A program made the position numbers and the translations under genes. A stretch of DNA of 64,000 nt from an uncultured cyanobacterium (GTDB lineage: Bacteria > Cyanobacteriota > Cyanobacteriia > Cyanobacteriales > Microcystaceae). Each line of letters starts with the position of its first letter. Position 1 is the first letter of the stretch. The stretch covers positions 1 through 64,000 of the forward strand of contig CAWEDJ010000031.1 of NCBI GenBank assembly GCA_963807635.1. Direction: 5' to 3'. The notes beneath the pieces are model-generated. The model was not told where the DNA came from and made no database searches. It saw only the letters and a list, made by a program, of their open reading frames with translations. Of this stretch, positions 1 through 10,461 are shown piece after piece.

Positions 1-859
1 TTTTGGGCATTCCATTGCGCTCCTGTTATTTTGAGTCTTGCACCAATCTGTTTAATCTTTGACTCTACACTCCCTGACCCAATACAAATCCCTAAATCTT
101 GATACAAACCATAGTCTGGTATTCTCTCACTGTGCTTTTCTAAATATTTCTGAAAATTAACGACTACTGTTCTTTGAGAATCCTTAAACTCTGCTAAGGC
201 TAAATCTATCTCTCCTTGCCACAAATAACTTTCGACTCTTCGCAACAGTTTGTTTGACCCTCCCACCTTGTTTAAGTTTTCAATCAAATGATACCAATCA
301 AGAACTTCTCTGCGTTGAAAATCATCTCCTATCTGAGTGATTAGATTCCAGATTCCATCGTGACCATCTCCTAAGCAGGTAATGACTCTAGATAAGGGTT
401 GGCGGTTTGTCCAACCTAATAACAGGTCATTCTCTTGGAAAAAAGCAGCACAGACCTGCCCATGTAGGCTGACCGCTTTGTAATTTTTCCAAATACTCTC
501 TTCTCCTAACGGTGTTCTCAACCTGACATTACCTCCATCTACACTCAACGCCTCAATGCTTCCTTTTCCTTCGGCCTCTTTAAACTCGTATCTTTGTACC
601 AACCTGTGTTGACTACTCCCTGATACTGCCATGCCTGTGGTCATTTTGATGTCTTCCTCGGCATGTTCAAAAGATTCATTGGCAACCAATCGTAAACAGC
701 ATTTCTCAAGAAATGGACTGAGTCGGTTATTTTTTTCTAATCCCAGTTTTAAAGCTTGTTTTTCTGTTATTGCAATTTTTCCAATGATACTGTTGACTTT
801 TCTTATTCGTCCCCCTTCCTGTTACTGTTTCAAAAAAAACTGCCAATTACCGGACTTAC

Positions 860-2242
860 GTTAGTGTCTTTATTTATTCGCGCAGGTAGAAAATGGTATG
901 AAAAGGTGTAAAACAAGAGAATAAAAAAGATTGGAAAGGATTCTAGTGATGAGTATAGCCGAGCGAGAAAAACAAATCCTGCGTGTGAGACAGCAAGGTT
1001 TTCATCCTCAACTAAACGAAGCCTTAACCTCAAAGTTAAAGACAGAAGTGGTGGATACGGTCAAAACGGTTTTAGAAAGTGCCTTGAAGGAAGAAGTGAC
1101 AGAATTTATCAAAGCAAGAGAGAAAAAAACGTATCGCTCTGGGTACTATTATCGTGGAGTAAACACTCAATATGGACAGATAAGTGATTTAGCCGTCCCC
1201 AAATTAAGAGAGGGGAATAAAGAAAGAGAATGGCAGATTTTAGAAAGATATCAGCGAAGTCTAGGAAATTTACTGGATTGGATGTGTGTTCTCTATGTGA
1301 TGGGGCTATCCTTACGAGATTTGCAGGAGGCTTTATATTTGATATTAGGAAAAGTACTATCGGTAAGTGCGGTGAACCAGATTACTCTTAATGTTCAGAA
1401 ACAACTAGAAAGTAAAAGACAGGTTCCTCTGGTCAGAATCCCCAAGATGATTTTAGTGGATGGAGTCTGGGTAGAGATTCAGTACACAATGGCTGGGGAG
1501 TTCAAAGAAGACGAATCGGGACATTTAAGGCAATGTCGGCAAGCAGAAAAGCGTGTGGTGTTGGCAGTAATGGCAATCTGGGAAGATGGTTCGCAGGAAT
1601 TAATCCACTACGAAGTAGCTGAAACGGAGAGTGAAGCCGCTTGGACAAAGGTATTTGAGAGCTTGATAAGACGGGGACTAAACCCGAATCATCTCGAATT
1701 ACTAGGCAGTGACGGTAGTTTGGGATTACCCTCCGCCATGAAGAAATGTTTCCCTTTGGCTCAACAACAACTCTGTATTACTCACAAAATTAGAGGAATT
1801 GAGCGTCACCTTAACTATTGCTATCTACCTTCGGTAACTGCTGCTGGCTGCTCTCTGAAACCGAAAGAGGCACGAAAACAACGTTCCTTCGAGATCACTT
1901 CTGATGCTTACAAGATTTATCAAGCCCCTCAAGTCTCCGATGCTCAATCACTTTTAAAAGCCTTTGAGGAGAAATGGCAACCGATTGAACCAGATGCAGT
2001 TCGTACCTTTCTCAAAGATATTGAGTTGACCTTCACCTTCTACCAATTTGATGACTCTTTGCACCGACATCTTCGCACGACTAACCATCTCGAACGCCTA
2101 TTTCGAGAGTTTCGCACTAAGTCTGATGAAATTGGGGCTTTTCCTAACGAAACTAGTTGTCTAGCTCTCTTTTGGCTTGTTGTTGAGCGTGACCATGCTA
2201 AACATGACCGTAGAAACTACGCGAATAATTCATGACACTAAC
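860..2242 (+). mobile_element. IS256-family insertion sequence, 1383 bp
   Basis: Imperfect 23-bp TIRs GTTAGTGTCTTTATTTATTCGCG / CGCGAATAATTCATGACACTAAC; 8-bp TSD GGACTTAC at 852-859 and 2243-2250. Confidence 0.92.
931..2235 (+). CDS. IS256 (mutator-like) transposase
   Basis: 434-aa ORF with YRSGYYYR..T.YG.I.L.VPKLR, LVDGVW, SDG, QLCITH and RTTNHLERLFREFR motifs. The start may be ATG 949. Confidence 0.9.
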   Translation: MERILVMSIAEREKQILRVRQQGFHPQLNEALTSKLKTEVVDTVKTVLESALKEEVTEFIKAREKKTYRSGYYYRGVNTQYGQISDLAVPKLREGNKEREWQILERYQRSLGNLLDWMCVLYVMGLSLRDLQEALYLILGKVLSVSAVNQITLNVQKQLESKRQVPLVRIPKMILVDGVWVEIQYTMAGEFKEDESGHLRQCRQAEKRVVLAVMAIWEDGSQELIHYEVAETESEAAWTKVFESLIRRGLNPNHLELLGSDGSLGLPSAMKKCFPLAQQQLCITHKIRGIERHLNYCYLPSVTAAGCSLKPKEARKQRSFEITSDAYKIYQAPQVSDAQSLLKAFEEKWQPIEPDAVRTFLKDIELTFTFYQFDDSLHRHLRTTNHLERLFREFRTKSDEIGAFPNETSCLALFWLVVERDHAKHDRRNYANNS

Positions 2243-2479
2243 GGACTTACACTAGAGAGAATATGCTCTCGCACCGCCAATTCTATACTTTCAAAGTCCT
2301 TTAAGTTTTCTTTAGGTGTATTATTGACTAAAATCTCAGAGATTTCTTTTAAGTGTTCATTTAGTTTCTGTTTTTCTTCAGGAGTCATTTTGTTTTTCTC
2401 TTAATTTATTTCTATTCTACCTTCTATTTTTCCTTCTCTTCCTAAGTATTTATACTCATTGCAAAAGTGGGATGCTCCC

Positions 2480-3112
2480 TATGCTGCTGGTGCACAGGTT
2501 GCATCTATTAATAGTAATAGCTTTCCTCTATTCTGATTTTCCCCTTCACTTTTTTCTTTTACTTCTGATGATATTTCTTCTTCTTTTTTTACCATTGCTT
2601 TATTTATTTGATTCACCAAGTCCATTCCTATTCTTTGACGGAAATGTACTAACAGTGACGCATCAAATGCCTCCTCATTTTCATATACTTCTAGTCCTAT
2701 AAAATATTGTAAGTAAGGGTTTTCTTTTATTTGTTCTACTGTTTCTCGGTCACTTATTCTCAATATTTCTTTTATTATTAATGACCCTAATGCCATCCTA
2801 AATGGTTTGGCTATCGCTCCTTTATTTTCTGAAAATTGTTTTGCATATTCTTCTTCAAATTCCTCCCACGGAATTATTTTTGACATGATTACCCAACGAT
2901 TTTCTTCTTTTGGCTTCCACTCACTTGGTATTTTGAAGTTTTCAACAGTCGATTTTTCGGATTCTTTTTTGGGGTACATCGTTCAATGCTCTGGAAGGGG
3001 AGGGGTGCAAGCCTTTTCACTCATTTTAGACCTTTTTTTTGCACTTTTTTTGCTCTCTAAATCCCCTCATCTTTTTTCTTATAAGGCTTTCAGCTTTTTT
3101 TAGCAAGCTCTA
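2480..3112 (-). mobile_element. IS5-family element, 5' part; transposase 2979->2480 truncated by ISKra4
   Basis: ORF ENRWVIMSKIIPWEEFEEEY...SDRETVEQIKENPYLQYFIG...IDATCAPA is typical of cyanobacterial IS5. It stops at the ISKra4 end. End sequence GAGCTTGCTAAAAAAAG near 3110. Confidence 0.85.
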
Positions 3113-3640
3113 CTTAATGGTGAGTCTTCAATCAGAAGCCTTGAACAAATCCAGAAAACCTCCTGATACATTAGCTGAATCTACTGTTTATTCAGCCATT
3201 ATGTTACTTCAATCTGCTTAAACCTTGGTTAGTCGTGATTTTTACTCCTCAAATACTGCGAGTATTTTGTCGTCTATTCTTCCAGTTAAGTAAACTAACA
3301 AATTCTCTGTTGGAGATGATTTTTCCGCGTGATTTCTATCTATCTTCTGCCTAGATTGATAGAACAGCGTTATGAAGAAGTCTTTTGCGTTCGGAGGGAC
3401 TAAGGGCCCGTAAAGTAATTTCGGCTCTTGTTTGAATTGATAAATTCATAGCTACTAAGTCCAAATGAGGGCTATTATCTTATTTTAATTTATGCCATAG
3501 GGATTGTCTATTGTTTATAAAGGCGAGCGCCTATTTCATAGAGTCTTCGATAATAACTTTTTCTTCAGGGTTTAATCCATCAAAAATAGGGATGGGATCT
3601 AATTTTCAGTGTTAGCAAATTTTTCCTAAACTAACCTAAA

Positions 3641-4676
3641 CTAATTTGCGATCACGTTTTCGATCATTTCTTGATTCAAAGCTTTCCCAATAAAAACCAG
3701 TTTAGTTTGCTTCACTTCATCGGTTTTCCATAACCGATCATAAAACACATCAAAGCGATCACCGACTCCCTGTAAAACTAAGCGCATGGATTTATGAGGA
3801 ACATGAACAAAACCCTTAATCCGATAAATTTCTTCGGTTTGGACTAACTTTTTGAGTCGCTGGGTTAATACCTGGGGATCATAGCTTTCGGTTTGGATTA
3901 CTTGAATGGAATTAATCTCATCATCGTGGTCATGGTCTTCTTCCTCGTCATGGTGACTAGGACGACTTTCCAAATTGTCTTCTACCGCCGCATTAAATCC
4001 CAATAAAACCTCTGGATTTATTTCTCCCTGCTGACAACTTACAATTTTTACTCCTGATCGCAATTCTTGGTTTAGCCATTGTTTGACCTCTGTTAATTGC
4101 TGATCACTAATTAAATCGGTTTTAGTGAGTAAAACTAAATCAGAACAAGCTAATTGATCTTCGAATAACTCTTCAATGGGGGTTTCATGCTCCAGACTAT
4201 CATCCGCTTCCCGTTGCGCTTCTAGGGCGGCTAAGTCTCCGATTAATTTACCTTCTGCTAAGGCTTGACTATCTACTACTGTGATGACTCCATCTACCGT
4301 TGCACCGTTACGAATTTCTGGCCATTCGGAAAGCTTGTACTAAGGGTTTCGGTAACGCTAAGCCTGATGTTTCAATCACCACACAATCGAGTTGTTCTCT
4401 GCGTGTTAAAAGCTCTTGCATAATCGGAAAAAATTCTTCTTGCACCGTACAGCACAAACAACCATTGGTCATCTCAATAATTTGACTATTGGGAACCTCT
4501 GGTTCGTCGCAAACTTGACAATCCCGCAGTAAATCGCCATCAATGCCCACATCCCCAAATTCGTTGACAATCACGGCAATGCGTCGCCCTTGGTTATTTT
4601 GCAAGAGATTACGAACGAGGGTGGTTTTCCCCGCCCCCAGGAATCCAGTAACGACGGTAACGGGAATTTTGTGCAT
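3641..4676 (-). CDS. cobW: Cobalamin biosynthesis GTPase CobW (one apparent frameshift near 4325)
   Basis: GFLGAGKTT, VNEFG, GCLCC and ETSG motifs; His-rich linker; CobW_C YRIKG motif. Confidence 0.9.
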
Positions 4677-4781
4677 AGTGTTCTAAAGTGTTTTATCTTA
4701 ATGATTTAGGAACCAGGATTAGTATAGTTGATCCTGGTTTACTCCCAACATATACTCTCTAGATGCGATCGCTATTAAATA

Positions 4782-5456
4782 ATGAAACTCAATAAAATTG
4801 TACCTTGGGGCAGAACCCTAGAAGAATATAAACTAATGTTTAATCTGTCAGAAATAGATTTAAATGCAAGCATTTTGGGTTGTGGCGACTGCCCCGCCAG
4901 CTTTAATGCTGAAATGACAAAACAAGGAAAGTTTGTAATCTCTATTGATCCGATTTATCAATTTTCTACTGAACAAATTAAACAACGTATTCAAGAGACT
5001 TATGATCTTGTTATTTCTCAAGTAAAAGAAAATAACGATAACTATATTTGGACTAATTTTAGTGATGCGGATGAACTAGGTCAAGCTCGTCTTACAGCAA
5101 TGGAACAATTTTTATTAGATTATGAAACTGGCAAAAACCAAGGACGTTACCTCTGCCAATCATTACCAAACTTAGAATTTGCTGATAATCAATTTGAATT
5201 ATGTTTATGTTCTCATTTACTATTTTTGTATTCAGAGCAGCGATCGCTAAATTTTCATCTGGAATCAATTTATGAACTCCTACAAATTGCTTCAGAAGTG
5301 CGAATTTTTCCGTTGCTCAAACTTAACGGCGAGCCATCTCCCTACGTTAATCCCATAATTCAGGAATTATCTAAAAACGGATTTAAAGTACAGATTCAAA
5401 CCGTTGCTTATGAATTTCAGAAAGGGGGCAACCAAATGCTAAAAATCAGTAAATAA
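4782..5456 (+). CDS. Putative SAM-dependent methyltransferase
   Basis: ILGCGDCPASF motif-I-like segment; LCLCSHLLFLY. Confidence 0.7.
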   Translation: MKLNKIVPWGRTLEEYKLMFNLSEIDLNASILGCGDCPASFNAEMTKQGKFVISIDPIYQFSTEQIKQRIQETYDLVISQVKENNDNYIWTNFSDADELGQARLTAMEQFLLDYETGKNQGRYLCQSLPNLEFADNQFELCLCSHLLFLYSEQRSLNFHLESIYELLQIASEVRIFPLLKLNGEPSPYVNPIIQELSKNGFKVQIQTVAYEFQKGGNQMLKISK

Positions 5457-5645
5457 TCGGTAATACAATGAATTTTACCCTCGATTATTGAGTTAGATTG
5501 AACGATAGAATTTGTTCAATTATTTTTTTTGATTGATAGCGGATTATAAACAAGATAATCTTTAACAAATGAGCGCGATCGCATTGCTGGGAATCTGCTT
5601 TTAAAAAAGTTTCATTCAAAAAATCATGTGATGGCGATCGCAGTT

Positions 5646-5940
5646 TTAGGGATTAGGGAAAAAACCAAATTTTACAACGGCGGCAATAGTGGATCCGATG
5701 ACTGTGATAATTAATGCCCATATCTGAGAGCGTTGGGAAATTTTAAGATTCTTTTACGTCTTCTTTGATGAAGTTTAATTCCACCTTGAGAGTGGATAGT
5801 TCTCCCTTAATCTCAGCTTGGGAGACTTTGAGGGAAGTTAAGTCACCCTCTATCCTATCTAGGCGTTGGTTAAGTTTGAAAAATTCTTGTTTAAATTCCC
5901 CTAAGACTTCCTTAAGATCAGTTTCAATCGTGGTTGCCAT
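5646..5940 (-). CDS. Small coiled-coil protein with C-terminal TM helix (apparent frameshift near 5745)
   Basis: MATTIETDLKE...; continues in another frame as SQIWALIITVIGSTIAAVVKFGFFPNP*. Confidence 0.7.
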
Positions 5941-6045
5941 GATGTGTCATTCCTTTTATCTTTGATTAAAAAGAAAAGTCAGCCGCTTCTTTTTTCTATT
6001 TATAGGGTAATCTGTCGAGCGAGGATGTGATCGCGATTGCGAATT

Positions 6046-6306
6046 TTAGGGATTAGGAAAAAAAGTAATTTTGCCTAGAATACCTAATAAACCTCCAACC
6101 AAAGCAAATAAAACACCGATTAACCAGCCTGTTAACCCATTAACTCGACTTTCGATAATATCCAGGCGTTTATCAATACCTGACACTTTTTCGTCAAGAG
6201 TAGCCATTTGTCCCGATAATCTTTTTTCCATTCTGACCTGATTCACTTTCAGATCAGTTATTAAATCTTTTAATTCCTTAAGGTCGGTATCGGTAACGGT
6301 TGCCAT
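6046..6306 (-). CDS. Small coiled-coil protein with C-terminal TM helix, paralog of the previous gene
   Basis: MATVTDTDLKE...WLIGVLFALVGGLLGILGKITFFPNP. Confidence 0.8.
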   Translation of the reverse strand: MATVTDTDLKELKDLITDLKVNQVRMEKRLSGQMATLDEKVSGIDKRLDIIESRVNGLTGWLIGVLFALVGGLLGILGKITFFPNP

Positions 6307-6430
6307 AATGTATCATTCCTCGAAGTCTTTCGTCTGATGGAAGAGGGAAGTTGGCCGTTTTTCTTTTTTCTATTTTATCGGGTAATCTGTCGAGCGAGGA
6401 TGCGATCTCACTTGTTACACTTCCTAGTAT

Positions 6431-7279
6431 TCACGTTGAATATAGATCGTAGGCAGCCCAAGTTTCAAATCTTAATCTGTTAATTTTCTCTCCCTTCACT
6501 TCTTTGATAGCCCATGTAAATCTTTTAGTATTTTTGTTGGGAGCTAAGTCTGGATATTTTTGTAATGCTTTATTTAAACTTGTGAATTCTTCAAACCCTG
6601 TACCACCTAAAGTAGGTATTCCCAATTCTACTCCAACAACAATAACGGGAATCTTAAAATAAAAATCTAATTGTGTGAGATCTGATTGTAGGCTTAAAAT
6701 GTTTTGAGTTAGCTCAAAAAGTGGAACAACAACTACAAGATCACATGTTCCATGATAAATCAATCTTTCTGTTACCTGCTCTTTACCTATGCAATTTCTC
6801 AGATCGATCATTCCTAAACGGAGTTCGTCCAAAGAGTCAAATTGATGGAAAGTCTCAAAATTCTTCTTAAGCAACCACTTTTCACCATCTGAAATCACTC
6901 CCCAAGTGCATTCATATAAAGCTTGATATTCCGCCACTTGAAGTCTATAGTTATTAAGTTTCTCAATGCTGGACTGGAATTCTTGCTCTTCGATGACTGC
7001 AATATTCTTCTTCAAATTGACTGGTGAAATTAAGATGTCAGGTTTTCTGATTTTAGGTTCTCCATTACGAAAAATATGACTACTACTTACTTCTCTTGGT
7101 ACCTTGATAGTGGACTGAGAAACCAAATCTTTAGCATCCCATCCTAAACCAAAAGAACTTATCAATAAAGGATAAATAAGCAGATCATGACGACTTGCCT
7201 CATTATCTCTTTGAGGGGATAAATGTAATATGTCTACTCTCCTCTTAAGTTCATCAAAAAACTCTTGCTCCGTCCCCAT
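6431..7279 (-). CDS. Hypothetical protein with HsdR-N-like restriction-endonuclease-fold N-terminus
   Basis: NEASRHDLLIYPLL...LGW...KPDILI...VIEE...QVAEY...WGVISDGEKW resembles the HSDR_N pattern. Confidence 0.55.
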   Translation of the reverse strand: MGTEQEFFDELKRRVDILHLSPQRDNEASRHDLLIYPLLISSFGLGWDAKDLVSQSTIKVPREVSSSHIFRNGEPKIRKPDILISPVNLKKNIAVIEEQEFQSSIEKLNNYRLQVAEYQALYECTWGVISDGEKWLLKKNFETFHQFDSLDELRLGMIDLRNCIGKEQVTERLIYHGTCDLVVVVPLFELTQNILSLQSDLTQLDFYFKIPVIVVGVELGIPTLGGTGFEEFTSLNKALQKYPDLAPNKNTKRFTWAIKEVKGEKINRLRFETWAAYDLYST

Positions 7280-7368
7280 AAATACTTGGTAGATAAAAAT
7301 AATTTTAGTTTCGACTAATCTTTTACAGATAAGAAAGAGAAAACTAGTCTAGCTATTCATTATACTAA

Positions 7369-7863
7369 TTATACGGAAACTTGTCCTATAATCCCCATGC
7401 TTTTTAGAAAATCATCATCCAAATCGTAGCCTAATAACTGCGCCATAGATTTTAATCGAAAATTACTAGGTATTCCTTGAACTTTTAGCCAATCAGAAAG
7501 CACAAAAATCTTATTCATCATAAAAATTTCCAGAGCTTCGGGGTTATACTGAATGCCCTCGGAACGATTAAACTGATGAGGAACCAACATCGCGGCATAA
7601 CGGGCAAATTCTCCAGCTTTCCAGTCTAATAAAAAAGGGAACCAGGGATAAACCGCATCTAAACGGACGAACCAAAGTCTGACTTCAGGAATTTCTGATA
7701 ATTCACGGGGATCGTTTTCTTCGCGGGGAAAATCTATTTTAAATTGAATGGTCTGCTCATGATCAGCGATCGCGTTTTCTGATAACCATTGCTCAACGCG
7801 ATCGCTAATAGGAGAAAGATCTAAAGTTTCTAAATGGGTAGAATTTAAAGAAATAATGGTCAT
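7369..7863 (-). CDS. CRR6-family NDH-1 (NdhI) maturation factor
   Basis: DPRELSEIPEVRLWFVRLDAVYPW...RYAAMLVPHQF signature. Confidence 0.85.
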   Translation of the reverse strand: MTIISLNSTHLETLDLSPISDRVEQWLSENAIADHEQTIQFKIDFPREENDPRELSEIPEVRLWFVRLDAVYPWFPFLLDWKAGEFARYAAMLVPHQFNRSEGIQYNPEALEIFMMNKIFVLSDWLKVQGIPSNFRLKSMAQLLGYDLDDDFLKSMGIIGQVSV

Positions 7864-7917
7864 TGAATCTTGTTTAATATTGCTTTGAATTAGAAAAGTG
7901 TTTAAATTGGTTTTCTC

Positions 7918-9059
7918 TTAACGCAAGGGTCTCTGTAATTGCATTTCCAAAGACTGATTGAGATCAATGACTAAACCCATCGTCTGAGCTTGCGTAGGAA
8001 AAGAATTATCCATCGGAAAATAAACCCAATGACTATGAAACGGTAAATTCCCTAAACTCTTTTCGTTCTGAGTTAACCAGATTAACGGGACTTTATCGGG
8101 AACTGGATGGGAAATGGGTTCATTAAAATTAACGCCTGCTAGGTCTTCTAAAACCGTCCGCGTGCCATGAACAATGCCATTTTGAGCCGTCCAGAGTTTG
8201 ACATTTAACTGAGAACGGAGAGCATAAAAATAGAGTGAAGCTGCCGCAATAACCGCTTGTTCAAAGGTTTCCGAGTCCCAAGTCGCGCCACTATCTAGAC
8301 AGATCATGACATCCTGTCCCCCCGTCACAATTTCTAGTTCTCGAACCCGAAAGTCATCAAACCGCGCACTGGTACGCCAATGGATTAAGCGCATAGAATC
8401 CCCATAACGATAGGGACGCAGGGTTTTGGTAATGCCTTCCGTTGAAGCTAGGTAACGGCGATCGCTTTGCAGTTTGGGGCTTTCTTGCTGGCCGATTGCA
8501 TCCACTAAAGGACATTGCAACAAGAGAGAACCTGGGGATAAACGATCACCTTAGCGGGAACCGTTTTCTGACGGCGACACCAGAACAATCCTAAAGGTGT
8601 ACCAGTTCGTAACTGAACCGTTTGCCAATGGTAGATTCCCCGTCGTTCGGTGGGTAAATAATAGGCCCAGTCGTGTTGGTCATTCGCAGGAATAGTCTCG
8701 ATCGCCGTTCCCTGGGGTTTACCGAGGGAGTCAGGCAAAAGATCCCAAAGTTGCAGGAGAGTTTTCGGCGTTTTACTGCGATTTTTTACCGTTAATACTA
8801 CCGTCAGGTCTTGCCCTGCACTCACTGGCTCAATGGGTAACCGTTCTAATGTTAACGAAAAGAGCGATCGCACAGGAATCACAGCCGCTATGGTCAACAG
8901 AGCAAAAATTAATCCACTCAGAACATAGAGCCAACCCGCCATCGTATTCGTTGCCGCCCCAAAAAAGCACAGAGCAAGAACCGCCAACAGCCAACCACCG
9001 TAAGCAGGGTTTGCCCAATGGTTTTCTAGCCAATCTAGGGGAGAAAAACGAGATTTCAT
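7918..9059 (-). CDS. DUF58 domain membrane protein (apparent frameshift near 8522)
   Basis: N-terminal TMs, ERRGIY, GTPLGLF, LRPYRYGDSMRLIHWRTSAR. Confidence 0.85.
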
Positions 9060-9170
9060 GAAATCACCAGATCCATCGATTTCCTAAGAGGGATTGAACG
9101 GACTGGAAGGGAAAATAAATAATAAAAATAATGATAACCGTACGAACTTTTCTCTACAGAGGTAGAAAAA

Positions 9171-9674
9171 CTAGTCGAAATAAAACAAAGTTACCAACTT
9201 GCGTTGATCCTCGGCTTCCTGACAAGTTTGAAGGAGCGTATCGCTCTCATGAAACGCAAAACAAATTAACTGTTGGCAACGAGAAATAATTTCCCGATTA
9301 CACAACGCACTGGCTTCTCCCAGGGACAGGGAATCATGTTCAGGATTTTCCACCAAATGTATGACCTGTTGGAGTTGCTCCTGGGATTCCCTCGGTTGAC
9401 GTTCCAAACTCTGGGGCAAAATAACCGTTAACAAATTAGGATCGGCCCGCATGGCTCCTTTGATGGCCGCAGAATTCGTTCCTGCTGAACCAGAAGTCAT
9501 GAGACGATTTCCGCCTAAAACTAGGGCATAACTCATCATTTCGATTAGCTGTTGATGGGTTATGGGGACGTGACGAGAGCCAAGCAAGGCAATTCGTTTA
9601 GAACCCGTTTGCTGAATGGCAGCTAGTTCCTGGGCTAGGGTATCAAGGGTAGGGATATTTACGACTTGAGTCAA
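9171..9674 (-). CDS. SLOG/DprA-like Rossmann-fold protein, conserved in cyanobacteria
   Basis: IALLGSR...TSGSAGTNSAAIKGA...CFAFHESDTL. Confidence 0.7.
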   Translation of the reverse strand: MTQVVNIPTLDTLAQELAAIQQTGSKRIALLGSRHVPITHQQLIEMMSYALVLGGNRLMTSGSAGTNSAAIKGAMRADPNLLTVILPQSLERQPRESQEQLQQVIHLVENPEHDSLSLGEASALCNREIISRCQQLICFAFHESDTLLQTCQEAEDQRKLVTLFYFD

Positions 9675-10461
9675 AGACGTTCTCTATAAAGGCTGAGTGA
9701 CCGAAAGTAATTGTAGCAAACCTAGCCGATAAGTGAAACGCCCAACGTCAGAATTGCGCTTTTTTCTCTTAAAAATTAACAATGTCTTTTGCTTTTGACG
9801 AGAAAATTTTCTCCATGCTAGAGAAAAAATCAGGATCGAGAGTTGGGGAAAAATCTTGGGCAAACCTTGTCAGGACAGGACTTGTAAAAAGCTCGAATTG
9901 CCTGCGGAAATAACAAATGAATGGCTCGGTTAACAAGAATAATTTAGAAATGATTTGGAGCGCGATCGCCCAAGAAAAATTTTAAATCTTTGAAATCATT
10001 AAACTGAAGCTTGTTTTCTTTTTTTTTCAATTTTAATCTTTACAAACCAGCATTAATCTTTACAAAAAAGAATTTTTTATTTTACCTTCGTGTGCAAAAA
10101 ATGACTTAAAGCGTTTGATTTGCTTGAATTGCTTGAAAATGGCTTTAAATCATTACGAAATAATCTGGGGAGTATTTTTCTAAAAAAAAGGTTTTTGGGT
10201 AGATTAGTTTGTCAAAAATCGATTTAATCAGATATTTTTTCAAAAACATCCTAGCGAAATCAAGCTTAAATAAGACAGATATGGCGAAACTATTGATGAT
10301 AACGCTAGTTCAAGCCAACTTTTAATACAAAACAAGAAAATTTATTGTTTATGTTTCTTTTGTCATATATTTTAGAAACATAATTAAAAAGTTGAGATAA
10401 GATTGGAGGTATTAATAAAAAAACGCTTGATTTTAAAAAAAATATCATACATTGTTTTTCT

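Larger units (their letters stand above)
1..2479 (-). mobile_element. ISKra4-family insertion sequence; transposase starts at 2388, is interrupted by IS256 and runs off the left window edge
   Basis: Minus-strand translation MTPEEKQKLNEHLKEISEIL...VSP|VIGSFF, then ...LSVDGGNVRLR...CLGDGHDGIW...LDWYHL...IGSGSVESKIKQIGARLK, typical of cyanobacterial ISKra4 DDE transposases. Slippery T-run at ~832-839. End GGGAGCATCCCACTTTTGCAA at 2479. Confidence 0.85.

Noticed and set aside
3240..3450. Possible decayed small toxin-like gene (MNLSIQTRAEITLRAL...) on the minus strand
   Set aside because: Only ~32 codons are open and there is no diagnostic motif.
4677..4781. Cobalamin riboswitch upstream of cobW
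   Set aside because: The interval is only ~100 bp. It holds one inverted repeat (AACCAGGAT-N11-ATCCTGGTT) and no B12-box.
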